Below are positions 25,159 through 37,010 of a stretch of DNA of 64,000 nucleotides, in pieces. The DNA is from Mobula hypostoma. Taxonomy: Eukaryota. A model generated the notes under the pieces. That model searched no databases, had not been told where the DNA came from, and saw only the letters and a program-made list of their open reading frames with translations. Each line of letters opens with the position of its first letter. Position 1 is the stretch's first letter. The position numbers and the translations under genes were made by a program. The stretch spans positions 110,300,001 through 110,364,000 of the forward strand of contig NC_086107.1 of assembly GCF_963921235.1 (NCBI RefSeq), in the 5' to 3' direction.

Positions 25159-26068
25159 CTACAGAGATGAACTTCAGCAAAAATCATATGAAGTCAGAAA
25201 ATATCAGGAATTAAACACAAGAAATCATTGATTTTGCTTTATATTTGTGCGCGTAACAGCGTCCAGAAACTGGATTTTAAAGATGAGATATAGTTATAAT
25301 CTGAAGTATATGCATGCATTGGGTATTCCATGCATCAAGCTGGCAAGCCGCTTTCATGAAAGACCAGAACCAAGATTTTTAAAAAAGTATCGCACTGGTG
25401 GATTCAGAGATTTATTGCATCATGATGCAAAGCTTATTAAATATAGCACAACACACAGTGGTGCCAAGAAAAGGAAGTTTTTTTAAAAAAATGCATTCAT
25501 TCCTTCTATTACTAATGTACTGCCCATTAACCACATGCACCCAATCAGGAAATGCATTTTAAATTTGGTTCATTAAATGAGTTTAAATTATTTTGCAATT
25601 ACTTCCATCGGATCTTAATTAATGATCTGAACATTTGTTATCAATTTGGCAAGGAATCCTTTTAAATGTCATGGAATACATGGAATTTGGAAATGAAACA
25701 AAATAGAGGGAATGAATCTCAACATCTCACCCAATACTTCCATTTCAATTCAGTACATCAAAATTATCTAATAAAAGTTTCTGTAGGATTCTTCACAACA
25801 CTGCTTATACCGATACTGCAATACATCAAGATGACATTAAATTATGAGATCAAAATCGAGAGAGAAGTGCAGTTGTTGTACAATTAAACATTGGTTGTCC
25901 TAATACTGTACGATGTTAACATTTATTACAGTGAACAGTCCACATGATTGAACACAATGTCTGTACATTACTCTACAAATAAACACAACTCAAGAATTCA
26001 ATTTTCATCTGAGTGGTGCTTTCTCGCAATTTTGACCTCAATTTTGCAAAACACAAAAGGAATGTTAC

Positions 26069-26234
26069 CTAAGATTGCTACTCCTAAATCAGGCCACGTG
26101 ACTCATGCTGTAAACTTGTTAAGAGAGAACAGAAAGAGGCTCCAAAATGATGTTCATCATGTCTGGGTTCATACAAATCATGGTCAATGGAGTGTAATAT
26201 CAAATTGGTGCAGGTATCCTGGAACCATATTAAA
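26069..26234 (-). other. Candidate 166-nt non-coding (5' UTR) exon with several uATGs
   Basis: Minus: ttttgttttcttccctgtctatag|TTTAATATGG...CAATCTTAG|gtaaca; stops in all three frames. Confidence 0.5.
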
Positions 26235-26699
26235 CTATAGACAGGGAAGAAAACAAAATTCCATACACCCAAGCAGAATATATGCAACAGTATCACCTTC
26301 AATCATAAGACAATTGTCTGCATAATTTGTGAAGCTTCCTTTGTGTCACAGTGGAGTGGGAGAAAAATGTGACAAGCTTAACTTCTTGATTGAGATTCAA
26401 TTGCTACAGCAAATTTAGCTTGTTAACTTAATATCAAACAGCAACCATACCTTTTGATTTATTTCAAGCAGACCATTCAGTGTTTCACTTTGGTCCCTCC
26501 TGAAAGAAATTGGAAAATAATCTTAGAATCTTGCAAATAGCATTTAATGAGCAACATTTTTACAAGACATGTCTTATTAACATAGCAGTGCATTCAGAGT
26601 ACGTACTTTATGAATTTCTTTCAACCCAGTAACCATTATTACGGGGTGGTTAATATCAAACTTCACTAAATAATTTAAGGTTTCCAAAATATTTTTAAA

Positions 26700-26860
26700 A
26701 AAGCAAAATGCAGCAGATGCTAAAAGTTTGAAATAAAAACAGAAAATACTGAAAATACTCAAGTGAGGTAGCATGTGCAGAAAGAGTAAAAGTTTCAGAT
26801 ATTGAAATGTTAAATCTGCTTCTCTCCTCACTTGCTCAGTTTTTATTTTCAAGTTTATTA
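26700..26860. mobile_element. Old Penelope-type terminal fragment
   Basis: gcagatgctaaaagtttgaaataaaaacagaaaatactgaaaatactc resembles the reverse complement of the Penelope-type tail. Confidence 0.55.
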
Positions 26861-27597
26861 AATGTGGCATTTCAAATTGTTTTGTTCAATACTGGATAAT
26901 GGCTAATAAAGGGGAAAACTTCAAATTACTAGCAACCATTTTGCCCTTTCTATTGTCAAGAATTTTCAATAAGCTTTTGGTGCTTCAGGATATCCCTCAT
27001 AGTCAAATTAACTTATTATGTAGCTCACTTTCAAACATTTTTTAGTAAGTAGTATTTTAGACTAGAGGATTATTTAAAACTTGGACTACAAAAAATAATC
27101 AATTACAACTGTTACAAATATCAGAATTAATTTAAGTATTTATCACATCAATAAGAATGAAGGTTTGGGTTTGATTTTATTGAACCTTACTTCTATTTTA
27201 CTGAAGTGTGCAATGGTCAAAATACCCTATGCAGAGGTTTCAGGTGTGTATTTAATCACATGGTAGAAGTAGAATAAATATAACTTGCTTTAAAGTTAAG
27301 AAAACAAAAAAAAGCCTAGTGTTTTTATTAAACTGCTAATTGTTAACTAATTGTCTCCTGTATGTTTCCATATGGTCACCATTTTTCTATCATGGGCATC
27401 TTAGAAAACAGTTGTGGTTCAACAGCTTTCAATATGAACCAATAAGGCCAACTTAAAGGAACAGTGACTACTTAGCCTTGAGTAAAACTTTAATGTTTGA
27501 ATATATACCCCAGCAATTAGTCAACAGAAAGAGAATCAAAACTGGACAGCGTGTACAGCTAGAACCAGATCCAATTAGTCAATCATTTGTCAATCAC

Positions 27598-27991
27598 CAT
27601 CACTCTCCTATGATGTGAAATTTGTTTTGTGGCAGCAGGACAGTGCAAAGACACAAAATTACTACAGATTACCCATGAAGGATCCCACCCACCCTGCTCA
27701 TAGACTGTTTGTCCCACTCCCATCAGGTAAGAGGCCATGTAGCATCAATGCCAGGGCCACCAGACTCAAAAGGCACAGCTCGAAGGGTGGAAGGGCCTAC
27801 TCGATGCTGTATCTCAATAAGTAAATAAATAGTTACTTTCCCCAAGCAGCACAACTGATCAACACCTCCACCCACTAACTCCACCACTACTTTATTACTT
27901 CCTTTCAGTCACCTTATGTACAGCCTAGAGTCACTTTATGGCCATACTATACATATATATACATATATATACATACACACACACACATATA

Positions 27992-28046
<55 letters not shown>

Positions 28047-28505
28047 TTATCTATTTATTTATTTTCTGCATTTATCTATTTTTCTGTTTTTTCTGTGCTG
28101 CACCGGATCTAGAGTAACAATTATTTTGTTCTCCTTACACTTGTGTAAAGGAAATGACTAAACAATCTGGAATCTTGAAATAGTGCAAAAAAAAGGCACA
28201 AGATGGTGTTCATGGACCTTTGAGAAATCTGAAGCAGAGATAAAGAAGCTGTTTCTGAATTGTCTCCTGTACCTCCTAGTAATGAGATTAGAGAATGACC
28301 GGTCTGCTGAGGGTTTTTAAATGATGGATGCTGGCTTCTTGAGGCACTGCCTAATGAAGATGTCTTCAATGTTCGGTAGGTTGTGCCAGCGATGGAGCTG
28401 GCTGAGTCTACAAAACCCTGCAACTCTGTGCATTGGAGCCTCTACAGCAAGCTGTGATGCATCCAGTCAGAACGCTCCCCGTGGTACATCTATAGAAATT
28501 TGTGA
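27598..28505 (-). mobile_element. Rex1/Babar 3' fragment (tail type C), split by a type-B copy
   Basis: Tail gtgaaatttgttttgtggcagcag (as at 43035 and 48408); body resumes at about 28180 with gatggatgctggcttcttgaggcactgcc. Confidence 0.7.
27673..28180 (+). mobile_element. Rex1/Babar 3' fragment (tail type B), with SINE tail at 27772-27830 and (TA)/(CA)n at 27950-28042
   Basis: MKDPTHPAHRLFVPLPSGKR; colinear with 62555-62970, which lacks the SINE-tail insert. Confidence 0.85.
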
Positions 28506-29245
28506 AACCCCCTTTATACTGGGCTGCTCATTAGCCGCTCGCTAACAGTCACCTGACTCAGTGGTATTTCTCTGACTCTGTACATCTAGGGTCACCAAGA
28601 CTTGGATCTCGCCAAGCCTGTGAGGTTGGGGTGTCTTGCCCACCCGAACCCCCGTCTGTATGAATACTGTGCAATTTACTGCCCCCATGCAATCACCCAT
28701 CAGCAAGAAAAAACTACATACAACTATAAATTATATTTATGAATGTTAACAGTTATTAAAGAAAAATTCAGACAGAAAGGGCTCATCATAATTAAAAACA
28801 GTTAAATTTGCACAGAAGTTGGAGCTCATCTTGAAGTTGTTTTTAATTCATGCACTGGACCCTCGGACTGCATGAAAGCACACACCACATTCCGAATGTC
28901 ACTTAAAATCCATCTCGAACAAACGGGAGTATTGGTCCCTCCTCCTTGAAGCCATTCATCTGCACAAAGCACCTTGTGCGACAGGGATAGCATCCTCAGC
29001 CATCTTCTCTTCTGTCTTCTCCCAGCTCCCGCCAAAAAAAACCTCGACGCATGCCAGTGTCCGTCACGAAAACCTCTCCGCGTGCCATTTTCTAGAACCT
29101 TCTCCCAATTCCACCATCCTGATTTGCTGACACAACATTCCCAAGTTGAACAACAAAGCCCTCAGCCAACTCCATTAGTAATAAAAACTTGCCTGGCCAT
29201 TCAGAACACAGGGCAAGGTGGTTGCCATTATTTCCTTCCATAACA
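28501..29245 (-). mobile_element. Possible solo LTR
   Basis: GC-richer ~750 bp block bounded by TGT...ACA (28501 tgtga; taaca 29241-29245); no TSD found. Confidence 0.3.
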
Positions 29246-29527
29246 ATGGTAACTGTTATAGAGTACTTCACTGATGTAACTTGAAAAAAGTTCTAAAGTT
29301 ACCGAAAATCTATATAAATAGAAGTAATAAATCAATGTTTCTTATGAATGCTCTATCTATCCTGTCCATAACACCATCCTGGTTTCAATTATTTTGTTCT
29401 GGTCTGGGGTTAATAATTTCCTCTCACCCAAAGACAGAATCCTTACTAAAGGTTGGGAGGAATATACACAAATTGACAGGAGAATTTGTTTTATACAATG
29501 CTTTAGCTGATTAAATAGGGAATGCTC

Positions 29528-29950
29528 AAGAGTTCAAAGTAAATTTATTATTAGAGTACATATATGTCACCATATATAACCCTAAGATTCATTTTCTAGT
29601 GGACATACTTAGTAAATCCAAGAAAACAAAAAATCAACAACAGACTGCACCCAAAAGGATTAGCAAACAATGTCCAAAAGACAACAAACTACAAATACAA
29701 AAGAAAAACTGTAATAATAAATATCGAGAACATCAGATGGAGAGTCCTTGAAAGTGACTCCATATGTTGTGGGAACAGTTCAGAGATGGGCTGAGTGAAG
29801 TTATGCACTCTGGTTCAAGAGCCTGATGGTTGAGAGGTAATAACTGTTCCTGAACCTCGTTGCGCGAGTCCTGAGACTCCTGCACCTTCCTGGTAGCAGC
29901 AGCGTGATCTGAATAGTGGGGCTCCTTCATAATGGATGCTGCACTCTTTA
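29528..29950 (-). mobile_element. Rex1/Babar 3' fragment (tail type A)
   Basis: gttcaaagtaaatttattattagagtacatatatgtcacc tail; ggttcaagagcctgatggttgag. Confidence 0.85.
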
Positions 29951-30275
29951 GCAGATGTTAGGGAAACAACTCACCAAGTTAAACAAATCTGGCTTTTAAA
30001 AAAAAGGAATATATGTTGAAGACTTGAGTTTTACAGCACTGAGAAAACATGACCACTTGGGCAGACACAGGCATGTTTTGAAGCACAAGAATATACACTT
30101 TTAATAGTAAAGACATTTTTGTAACTGAGCTCAAGGTATAAGACAACAGGAGTCAAAATTTTGGTTGGTTTGCATAAAATATAATGAACATTTTTATCAC
30201 CATAAACCAAATTACCAGGCAATGTCAAACATCTACCAGGATAATGTAAGGCTGTGGTGTTTCAACTAATATATT

Positions 30276-30573
30276 GGCATCTGTTAGTCTCATGAGACCA
30301 TGGATTGGCGCCTTGAAAGGTTTCCAGGACACAGGCCTAGGCAAGGTTGTATGGAAGACCAGCAGTTGCCCATGCTGCAAGTCTCCCCTCTCCACGCCAC
30401 CGATGTTGTCCAAGGGAAGGACATTAGGACCCATACAGCTTGGCATCAGTGTCGTTGCAGAGCAATGTGTGGTTAAGTGCCTTGCTCAAGGACACACACG
30501 CTGCCTCAGCCAAGGCTAGAACTAGCGACCTTCAAATCACTAGACGAATGCCTTAACCACTTGGCCACGCGCC
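30276..30573 (-). mobile_element. tRNA-derived CORE-like SINE, copy 2
   Basis: Near-identical to 13921-14207; minus-strand head tggcgcgtggccaagtggttaagg. Confidence 0.85.
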
Positions 30574-30789
30574 ACTGATAAATGTGAGAGTATTGAAGAA
30601 TTTCTTTAATGCCAATATTGTCAACACTCCACAAAAAGGGAAATGCCATTCTCAACATCAAGATATTGCAATGTACTTTACATTTAATATAGATCACTTT
30701 AAAGGTAGTACATGAAATACAGTAGCTGTTTTTCCACACACATACCACATGCTCTTACAAACAGCACTGTGATAAGTGGTAATCAAGTT

Positions 30790-30950
30790 ATATTAACTGA
30801 TTAGAGCACATTGGCCAGAGATAATGAACCCACTTGTTCTTGAAAGAAGGTGAGGGGATTTTTTAAAACTGTTCTGAAGGCGTGTAATCAGATCGTCTCA
30901 TTCTTAAGACATCACATCTGACAATGCAGAATCACTCAGTACTGAATTTA
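30790..30950 (-). mobile_element. Ancient DeuSINE-like (SacSINE1/AmnSINE1-type) remnant
   Basis: gtctcattcttaagacatcacatctgacaatgcagaatcactcagtactg resembles the reverse-complement Deu-domain region as I recall it. Confidence 0.45.
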
Positions 30951-31060
30951 GAACTTCAACTTCTAAAAATCTGTTTTAACCAGATTCTCAACTGTACCGC
31001 AAGTGATAAGTTTTGTAAATCAATAAATTATATTTGGAGAGTTCTTCAAAATCCTACATA

Positions 31061-31735
31061 AAGGAGAGGAGGAGATAGCAGCACAATGCAGTTTGCAGTG
31101 GCCACTCTGGTGGTGATGTCTGTTATTTGTCAAGTAGGGTGCCGCGCACAATCCTGATTTGATGGAGATGCACGTGAGAGCACGCAGGAACATCTGGTGA
31201 AACTTCTGAAATGCCTGCTTCGCTGCTGCTGCTACTGTGTGGGCCGAAATCTCTGGAGCAGAAGGCCCCGAGTCCTTGGCTTTGCTTGTTGCTCAGCGGC
31301 TGGGGCGGGGTCAAAGTGCTCGGCAGAGGATGGTGCTCGGTGTCGAAGGGCTGGTCGGAGGCTCGAAGTTTTCGGACGGACTCAGAGTCCGCTGCGGTTG
31401 GGTGCTTCCAATGGTGCTGCATTGGCAAGTTTGCTGCGCTTGGAGGTTCATGGTAGGGAGTTTCTCCCTTCTATCGTCTGTGTGAGATGATGAGGCTATC
31501 GGGACTTTGAGACTTTTTTTTTACTGTGCCTATGGTCTGCTCTTTATCAAATTATGGTATTGCTTTGCACTGTTGTAACTATATGTTATAATTATGCGGT
31601 TTTGTCAGTTTTAGTCTTGGTTTGTCCTGTGTTTCTTGTGATATCATTTTGGAGGAACATTGTATCATTTTTTTAATGCATGCATTTCTAAATGACAATA
31701 AACGAGGACTGAGTGTCCTCATAATCTAATCTAAT
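31061..31735 (+). mobile_element. Non-coding ~675 bp retroposon, copy 2
   Basis: Colinear with 13275-13890; CpG-rich 5' half, T-rich 3' half, then aataaa, gaggac-tgagt-gtcctc hairpin and (taatc)n tail. Confidence 0.85.
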
Positions 31736-33124
31736 AACAGAGGTTGGTCATTTGAGATTATTACAAAGTTTACTGCACGTGGCTTACTTCTACCTCACTT
31801 ACCTTCTTATGTGCATAATATCCTTTTGCAAAGACCATCAACCTCCGTCTGTAAAACTTTCAGTTAACCCAATATGAATCACCTTTGAGATCATCCCAAT
31901 GTCTGCTCTGTAATCGTAATTAACCATAGAAAGGAATGGACAAAACATAACTCTTTCTGCTCTGACTTTCTTTTAATGGCTCACGCTGTTGCCTCAGTCA
32001 AGATAACTTCTTCCCTGAAATAGTCAGAGCTGCAGAAACCAGTGATAAAGTAATATCATTAAGCCCAATTCTGATGTATGGCAATTTAATACAAAAATTG
32101 GAAGTGGGAGTGAATACAAGGACAACAGACATCACAAACATAGCACTGTACAAGCTAAAAGCCAATTATGTTTCCCCACATTGATAGCCTGAGTAAGAAA
32201 AATGAAAGTTGTAAAATAATTACTATAAATGTTTTCTGTGGTCATATTACAGGCTCAGGATACCCATCTTTCAAACTGTTAGAAACCTGAAGACATGGAA
32301 TGTTGTGAAATAGGTTTCTCAAACATTTATCAAGTCGGCTGGTCTCAACCCATTACAATTCATGTTTAATTACTTCAAATTATCACTAATCTATTTGACT
32401 GTGAAGAATACCCATATCAGCGATGACCTTTATTTAAATGTTTTTTAAAAGAAAAAATTTCTTACATATCAACAGCTACCTCATGGACACTGAACAAGTA
32501 ATTGAAGTTCTTTTAAACTAGCTAGGTAGCTTATCCTTCTTGGATCTGCAAGTAACCAATTTTTCCAATGTCAAAATTAAAGTACTAAGTGCATATTAAT
32601 CTTCAAAGCATTCAGTTCTTTGAATTTTACATAGAGCATTAGTAAACATGAGATACTACTGGCACCTTGCAAAGCCTTGGCTTAATGCAAATACACTTGC
32701 AGCCAGTCAATACGTACTCAAATTAGAAGTGCTGTGGTGGCTTTGCTAAATTAGAAAAACATTACAATTCATTTCTATATTTACATTTTCTAATGATCTC
32801 TATCTGTGTAGCACACCTCAAATCACTAACTCAGAAAACTGACAATTCTACACTAAGATTATTTAACTACACTCTCTGAAGATTGTCACCTTGTCATGGT
32901 GGAGAGACTTTAGAGCTCCTCAGATCTCAGAAATGATGCTAGCTAGGATTTTTGCTAGATCTCCTTTGTCAGAAAACCTGAGTTCCATTTCATTGTCATA
33001 AGACATTGTTATGCTTCCAATAAAGGCATTACATTTGTAGTTATTTAGCTCCTAGATGTTCTAGTGATTCTAATCACACCAGTTGCTTTCTTTGTGCTGT
33101 TTTTTTTTCTTACTACAAAGATCA

Positions 33125-33620
33125 GTGAATACTGCCCAGTACATCACACCACTGAGTTCATCTACATGGAGTGCTGTCACAAGAAAGCAGCATCCATCAA
33201 GGACTCCCATCATCTAGGCCATGCTCTCTTCTTGCTGTTGCCATCAGGAAGGAGGTAAGGGAGCCTTAGGCTGCACACCACCAGGTTCAGGAAGTTATTA
33301 CCTTAACCATCAGTTTCCTGAACCAGGGAGAATAAGTTCACTCACCCCAACATTGAACTGATTCCACAATCCATGGACTCACTTTCAATGACTCTACAAC
33401 AGGTTGTCAATATTAAGTATTTTTTTTTCTTTTTTGTATTTACAGATTTGTTGTTTTCCCGTCTTTGTGTGCAGTTATTCATTGATTCTATCGTGTTTCT
33501 TTGTGCTTACTGTGAATGCCCACATGAAAGTAAATCTCAGCACAGTATATGGTGATATAATATACACACATCTCTATCTATACACACACACTTACTTTGA
33601 TAATAAATTTACTTTGAGCT
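33125..33620 (+). mobile_element. Rex1/Babar 3' fragment (tail type A)
   Basis: CHKKAASIKDSHHLGHALFLLLPSGRR; tail tactttgataataaatttactttga. Confidence 0.85.
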
Positions 33621-33639
33621 TTGCTGGTCTATTTAAAAG

Positions 33640-34075
33640 AGTCAGTTATGGCTGCCTTCAAGCCAGACCATCAGTTGTAGTTATTCTACAGCTCTATTGG
33701 CTAGTGCTAACAGGTTGCCTGTGATCTGTTCTCTTCTTTCATAACTTCAGCCCTGTTGTTTTATGGCACCGTTTTGGAGTCAGTTTAATGGAGGTTAATA
33801 TGACATACTGGGCAGAGGTCAGTCCAACAGTCATCAATACTTGTCACAGACAGGTGACAGATCCTTATGGTCCTTCTTTCAATGATATAATCCAACAGGT
33901 GCTAATGTCGGAGCAGGGCTAATACCTCAAGGTCCTGACAAAATAGGCTGCTGGTTGTGACAAAATCATTTTGCTGATCACAAAATGCAAGGATTGCATT
34001 TCGAGGCTGAAGTCATCCAGAAGGATCTGTTTTTTGTCCTTCATCTTGGGGGATGGACTTTTTGCTTGTTGAAGC
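33640..34075 (-). mobile_element. RTE endonuclease-region remnant
   Basis: Minus-strand remnants DKKQILLDDF (cf. ILLGDFN), HLLDYII and DDCWTD (cf. WTDH). Confidence 0.55.
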
Positions 34076-34828
34076 AGAAATCCTGTCTCATTTAACAGGA
34101 AACAAATTCAAAGTCCAAGGTTAGATCAATGTCATCAGATGAGTGGCACTATACTGATAATGCTTACGTTTGCTCACATTTGATGGCCGAGATCCATATC
34201 ATTGACCGACTTGTTCATCGAGGCATACAAATTAATGGGAAGTTCAACATCTGCAAGACTAAAGCTCCTCTCTCTACCTGTTCCTTGCTGTATTACACCC
34301 TGAAAAGAAACAGAAGCAGACTTCCCATTCCACAGATGCCACATTTCCGCAGTTACACTGACGATGAAATCCGCCATCACCAGTGTACCAACACAGTATT
34401 TGGTTCACCTAGGAAAATGCACTTTAAAAAAAAATCAAGACTAGAAACATGATACAAAATTAATCTACCAGGCATCAGTATTTCAAGCCTTAAAGTACTT
34501 GCTGTTAGTTCAACTCTCAAGCATATCAAGGCACTGGAAAGATAATACTAATATTGCCGCTGCTAAAAATATTTTGCATCTTCAGTGGAAGGTCAAACAA
34601 ACCATTCTTTCCCAGCCAACATCCCCAATCTAATTGCACTCTGTTGGCTCTATTGAGTAGGCTATGGTTGTGTGCCTAGCATCACAAAGCAAGCTATTCC
34701 CAACTGGCACAAATTAGATAACCAGGCAGACAAAATAAATTCAAGGATTTTCTCAAACGCTCCTAGCGAAAACAAGCACAGTAATCCCACTGACTCAGAA
34801 ATTTATCCAAAACTGTTCAAAGGATAAA

Positions 34829-34864
34829 AGTCCTGACGAAGGGTCTCGGCCTGAAACGTCGACT
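34829..34864 (+). ncRNA. Minimal type-I hammerhead ribozyme motif
   Basis: agtc-CTGACGA-agggtctcggcct-GAAA-cg-TC-gact; stem I agtc/gact; predicted cleavage after 34860. Confidence 0.7.
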
Positions 34865-34926
34865 GCACCTCTTCCTAGACATGTTGCCTGGCCTGCTACG
34901 TTCACCAGCAACTTTTATGTGTGTTG
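34831..34926 (+). mobile_element. 96-bp Penelope-type insertion with 13-bp TSD
   Basis: TSD caaaggataaaag at 34818-34830 and 34927-34939; nearly identical to 12453-12548. Confidence 0.9.
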
Positions 34927-35199
34927 CAAAGGATAAAAGGACCATTTTGAACCCAAAATGACCGATATGCGGAGTGTACATAGAAGTCCTATGTAAATGA
35001 ACTCAAGCTATCCAACTGCCCATTTCATTGGCCACCTTATGCTCCACCAGTCAATGGGTTGTCAGCATTTCCTACATTAATCACAGAACCCAGGGAGCTA
35101 GAAATGGGAGCAAGTCATCCACGTGCCAAGGGGTAATCTAAGAAAGAGGAGCATATTAAGGGCTCTTTATTTTGACAGTACTCGCTATAGATAGTAAAA

Positions 35200-36170
35200 T
35201 ATGATTGGATAATCACTCGATTCCTTCAGAATCCATACTCTGCCTTAAATAATCCCACTGACCACTCACTTGGCTGTACAGAACTCCAGAGATTCACAAC
35301 AGAGACATCAAATCCTCCTCTCACTCTTCGAAACTCCTGTAGATACAAGCCTGGACTGTCCAGCCTTGCATTATGAGACAATGAACCCTTCCAATACATT
35401 AACATCCTTCATTATTTAAAAGTTTCAATACTGCACTGTGTACTGGAGATTCCAAATGAGGCCTCACTTTTGTCCTGCATAACTGAAGCATAACTTTCCT
35501 GCTTTTGTATTTAATTCTCCTGCAATAAAAACATTCTGAAATAAAAATGGAAAAAACTGTAAAGGCTCAATAAATCAACCAGTGTTTGTGGAAAGAGAAA
35601 CAGTTAATGTTTCAAGTGAGACACCCAGCCAAAACCGGGCAAGATAGAAAACAAATTAGTTTTCGGCGGCAGAAAAGATGGGAGAGATGGTGAGGATGGA
35701 AAAAGATGTCTAAATGAGTGAATGTGACAGTCATAGGTAATTAAGCTTCTTTACCTGTATAGGCTGTGAATAGTAAGGTTTGAAACAGGCTCAGCAAACC
35801 ATTTTCATTTTTGAAGTGAAAATTCTTTCCCCTTTCCCAGTCACTTACAGTATCCACGTACATAGACAAAAATCTAGTATTAGGACAGACTGAGCTCTGT
35901 AACTTTCAACAATTAAATGTACTGCTTTAAAAAAATCCTGTAAAATTTCACATATTTTGCACTGTCCCACACAATCTTCCATTTGCTAGATGTTTGCCCA
36001 CTTATTTAACCTATCCATATCTTTTTGTAGCCCCAAACATCATCTTCACAAATTTCTTACCTACCTGTGTCATTTGCAAATTTAACCATCAGATTCACCC
36101 AATAAATCATGAGTTATGTGAACGTGTTAAATATGCCTGTGACACTGCTCATTATATCTTGGCAAACAGA
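35200..36170 (-). mobile_element. Old CR1 remnants with a Penelope-type fragment at about 35535-35700
   Basis: actccagagattcacaac, ataactgaagcataactttcc and gtcatttgcaaatt (KFA.DT) remnants. Confidence 0.5.
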
Positions 36171-36679
36171 AAATTCTATTTATTGAATCTGCTATCAGCT
36201 TAAAAAGTTAGTGCTCCAAAATGTCTTAATATATGCAGCACTGATGCATCATGATTGCATGAAACTTGCAAGGAAAATGCTTATTTAAAAAACAGTTGGC
36301 AATACATATCAGTCAACTCTAAGAAATTAATTAGTGTAACAATTGATCAAGGAACTTAGCTCCACCCGTGGTACGCAACCATGACTTGCACAAATTATTT
36401 TTACAATTATTCTCTATCCCCACTTCCCTCCAATACTTTCTCCATCTGCAAAATTTCACAATGGAGTACAAATACACTCATTGATTGCCGTCCATTAAAC
36501 TGATTGGGTACATTGCCCTAATTGCATTACTTTAGATTTTGATGATTAACTTCCACCATGGGACTTTATAGGGGTTTATAAAGTAGACATTAGCCCCCCA
36601 CAATTACTGCCCACTTGTTTCATAGACTTTAATTTCATCATTTATACTACACAATACAACCATTAGGAGACCAAACCAA

Positions 36680-37010
36680 CTGCTAATGTTTTCTGTTGCC
36701 TGATTTATTGCCCATTTCCAATATTTTATTCAAGATTTCCAGCTACTGCACTTGATCTCACAATTTCAACATTGACATATCATCTGCAATCAGCAAACCT
36801 TCACCTCTCAGTCAGCACCATCAGTTTGTAGCATTCAATCCTCTCAGCATTCATCCTAACTTATTCTTCACAATTCTTCATCTTCTCTGAAAATTGCTTG
36901 TTTTCTAACTTTGTCTCATTCCATTTAAAGGTCTTGGTTTGAATGTTAATGCTGTTGTTCTAGCCACATGCTGCCTGACCCAAGTATTTGCAACATTTCG
37001 TTTTATTACC
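36680..37010 (+). mobile_element. Old Penelope-type tandem terminal fragments
   Basis: aaaggtcttggtttgaatgttaatgctg...atgctgcctgacc; degenerate. Confidence 0.5.

Larger units (their letters stand above)
34110..35150 (+). mobile_element. Decayed RTE LINE (RT to 3' tail)
   Basis: EWHYTDNAYVCSH (cf. ELQYADD), FNICKTK, DDEIRHH; tail gagcaagtcatcc near 35120. Confidence 0.7.

Noticed and set aside
31123..31490. Four overlapping ORFs suggesting coding potential
   Set aside because: Explained by GC richness of the non-coding retroposon; indels relative to the second copy do not preserve a frame.
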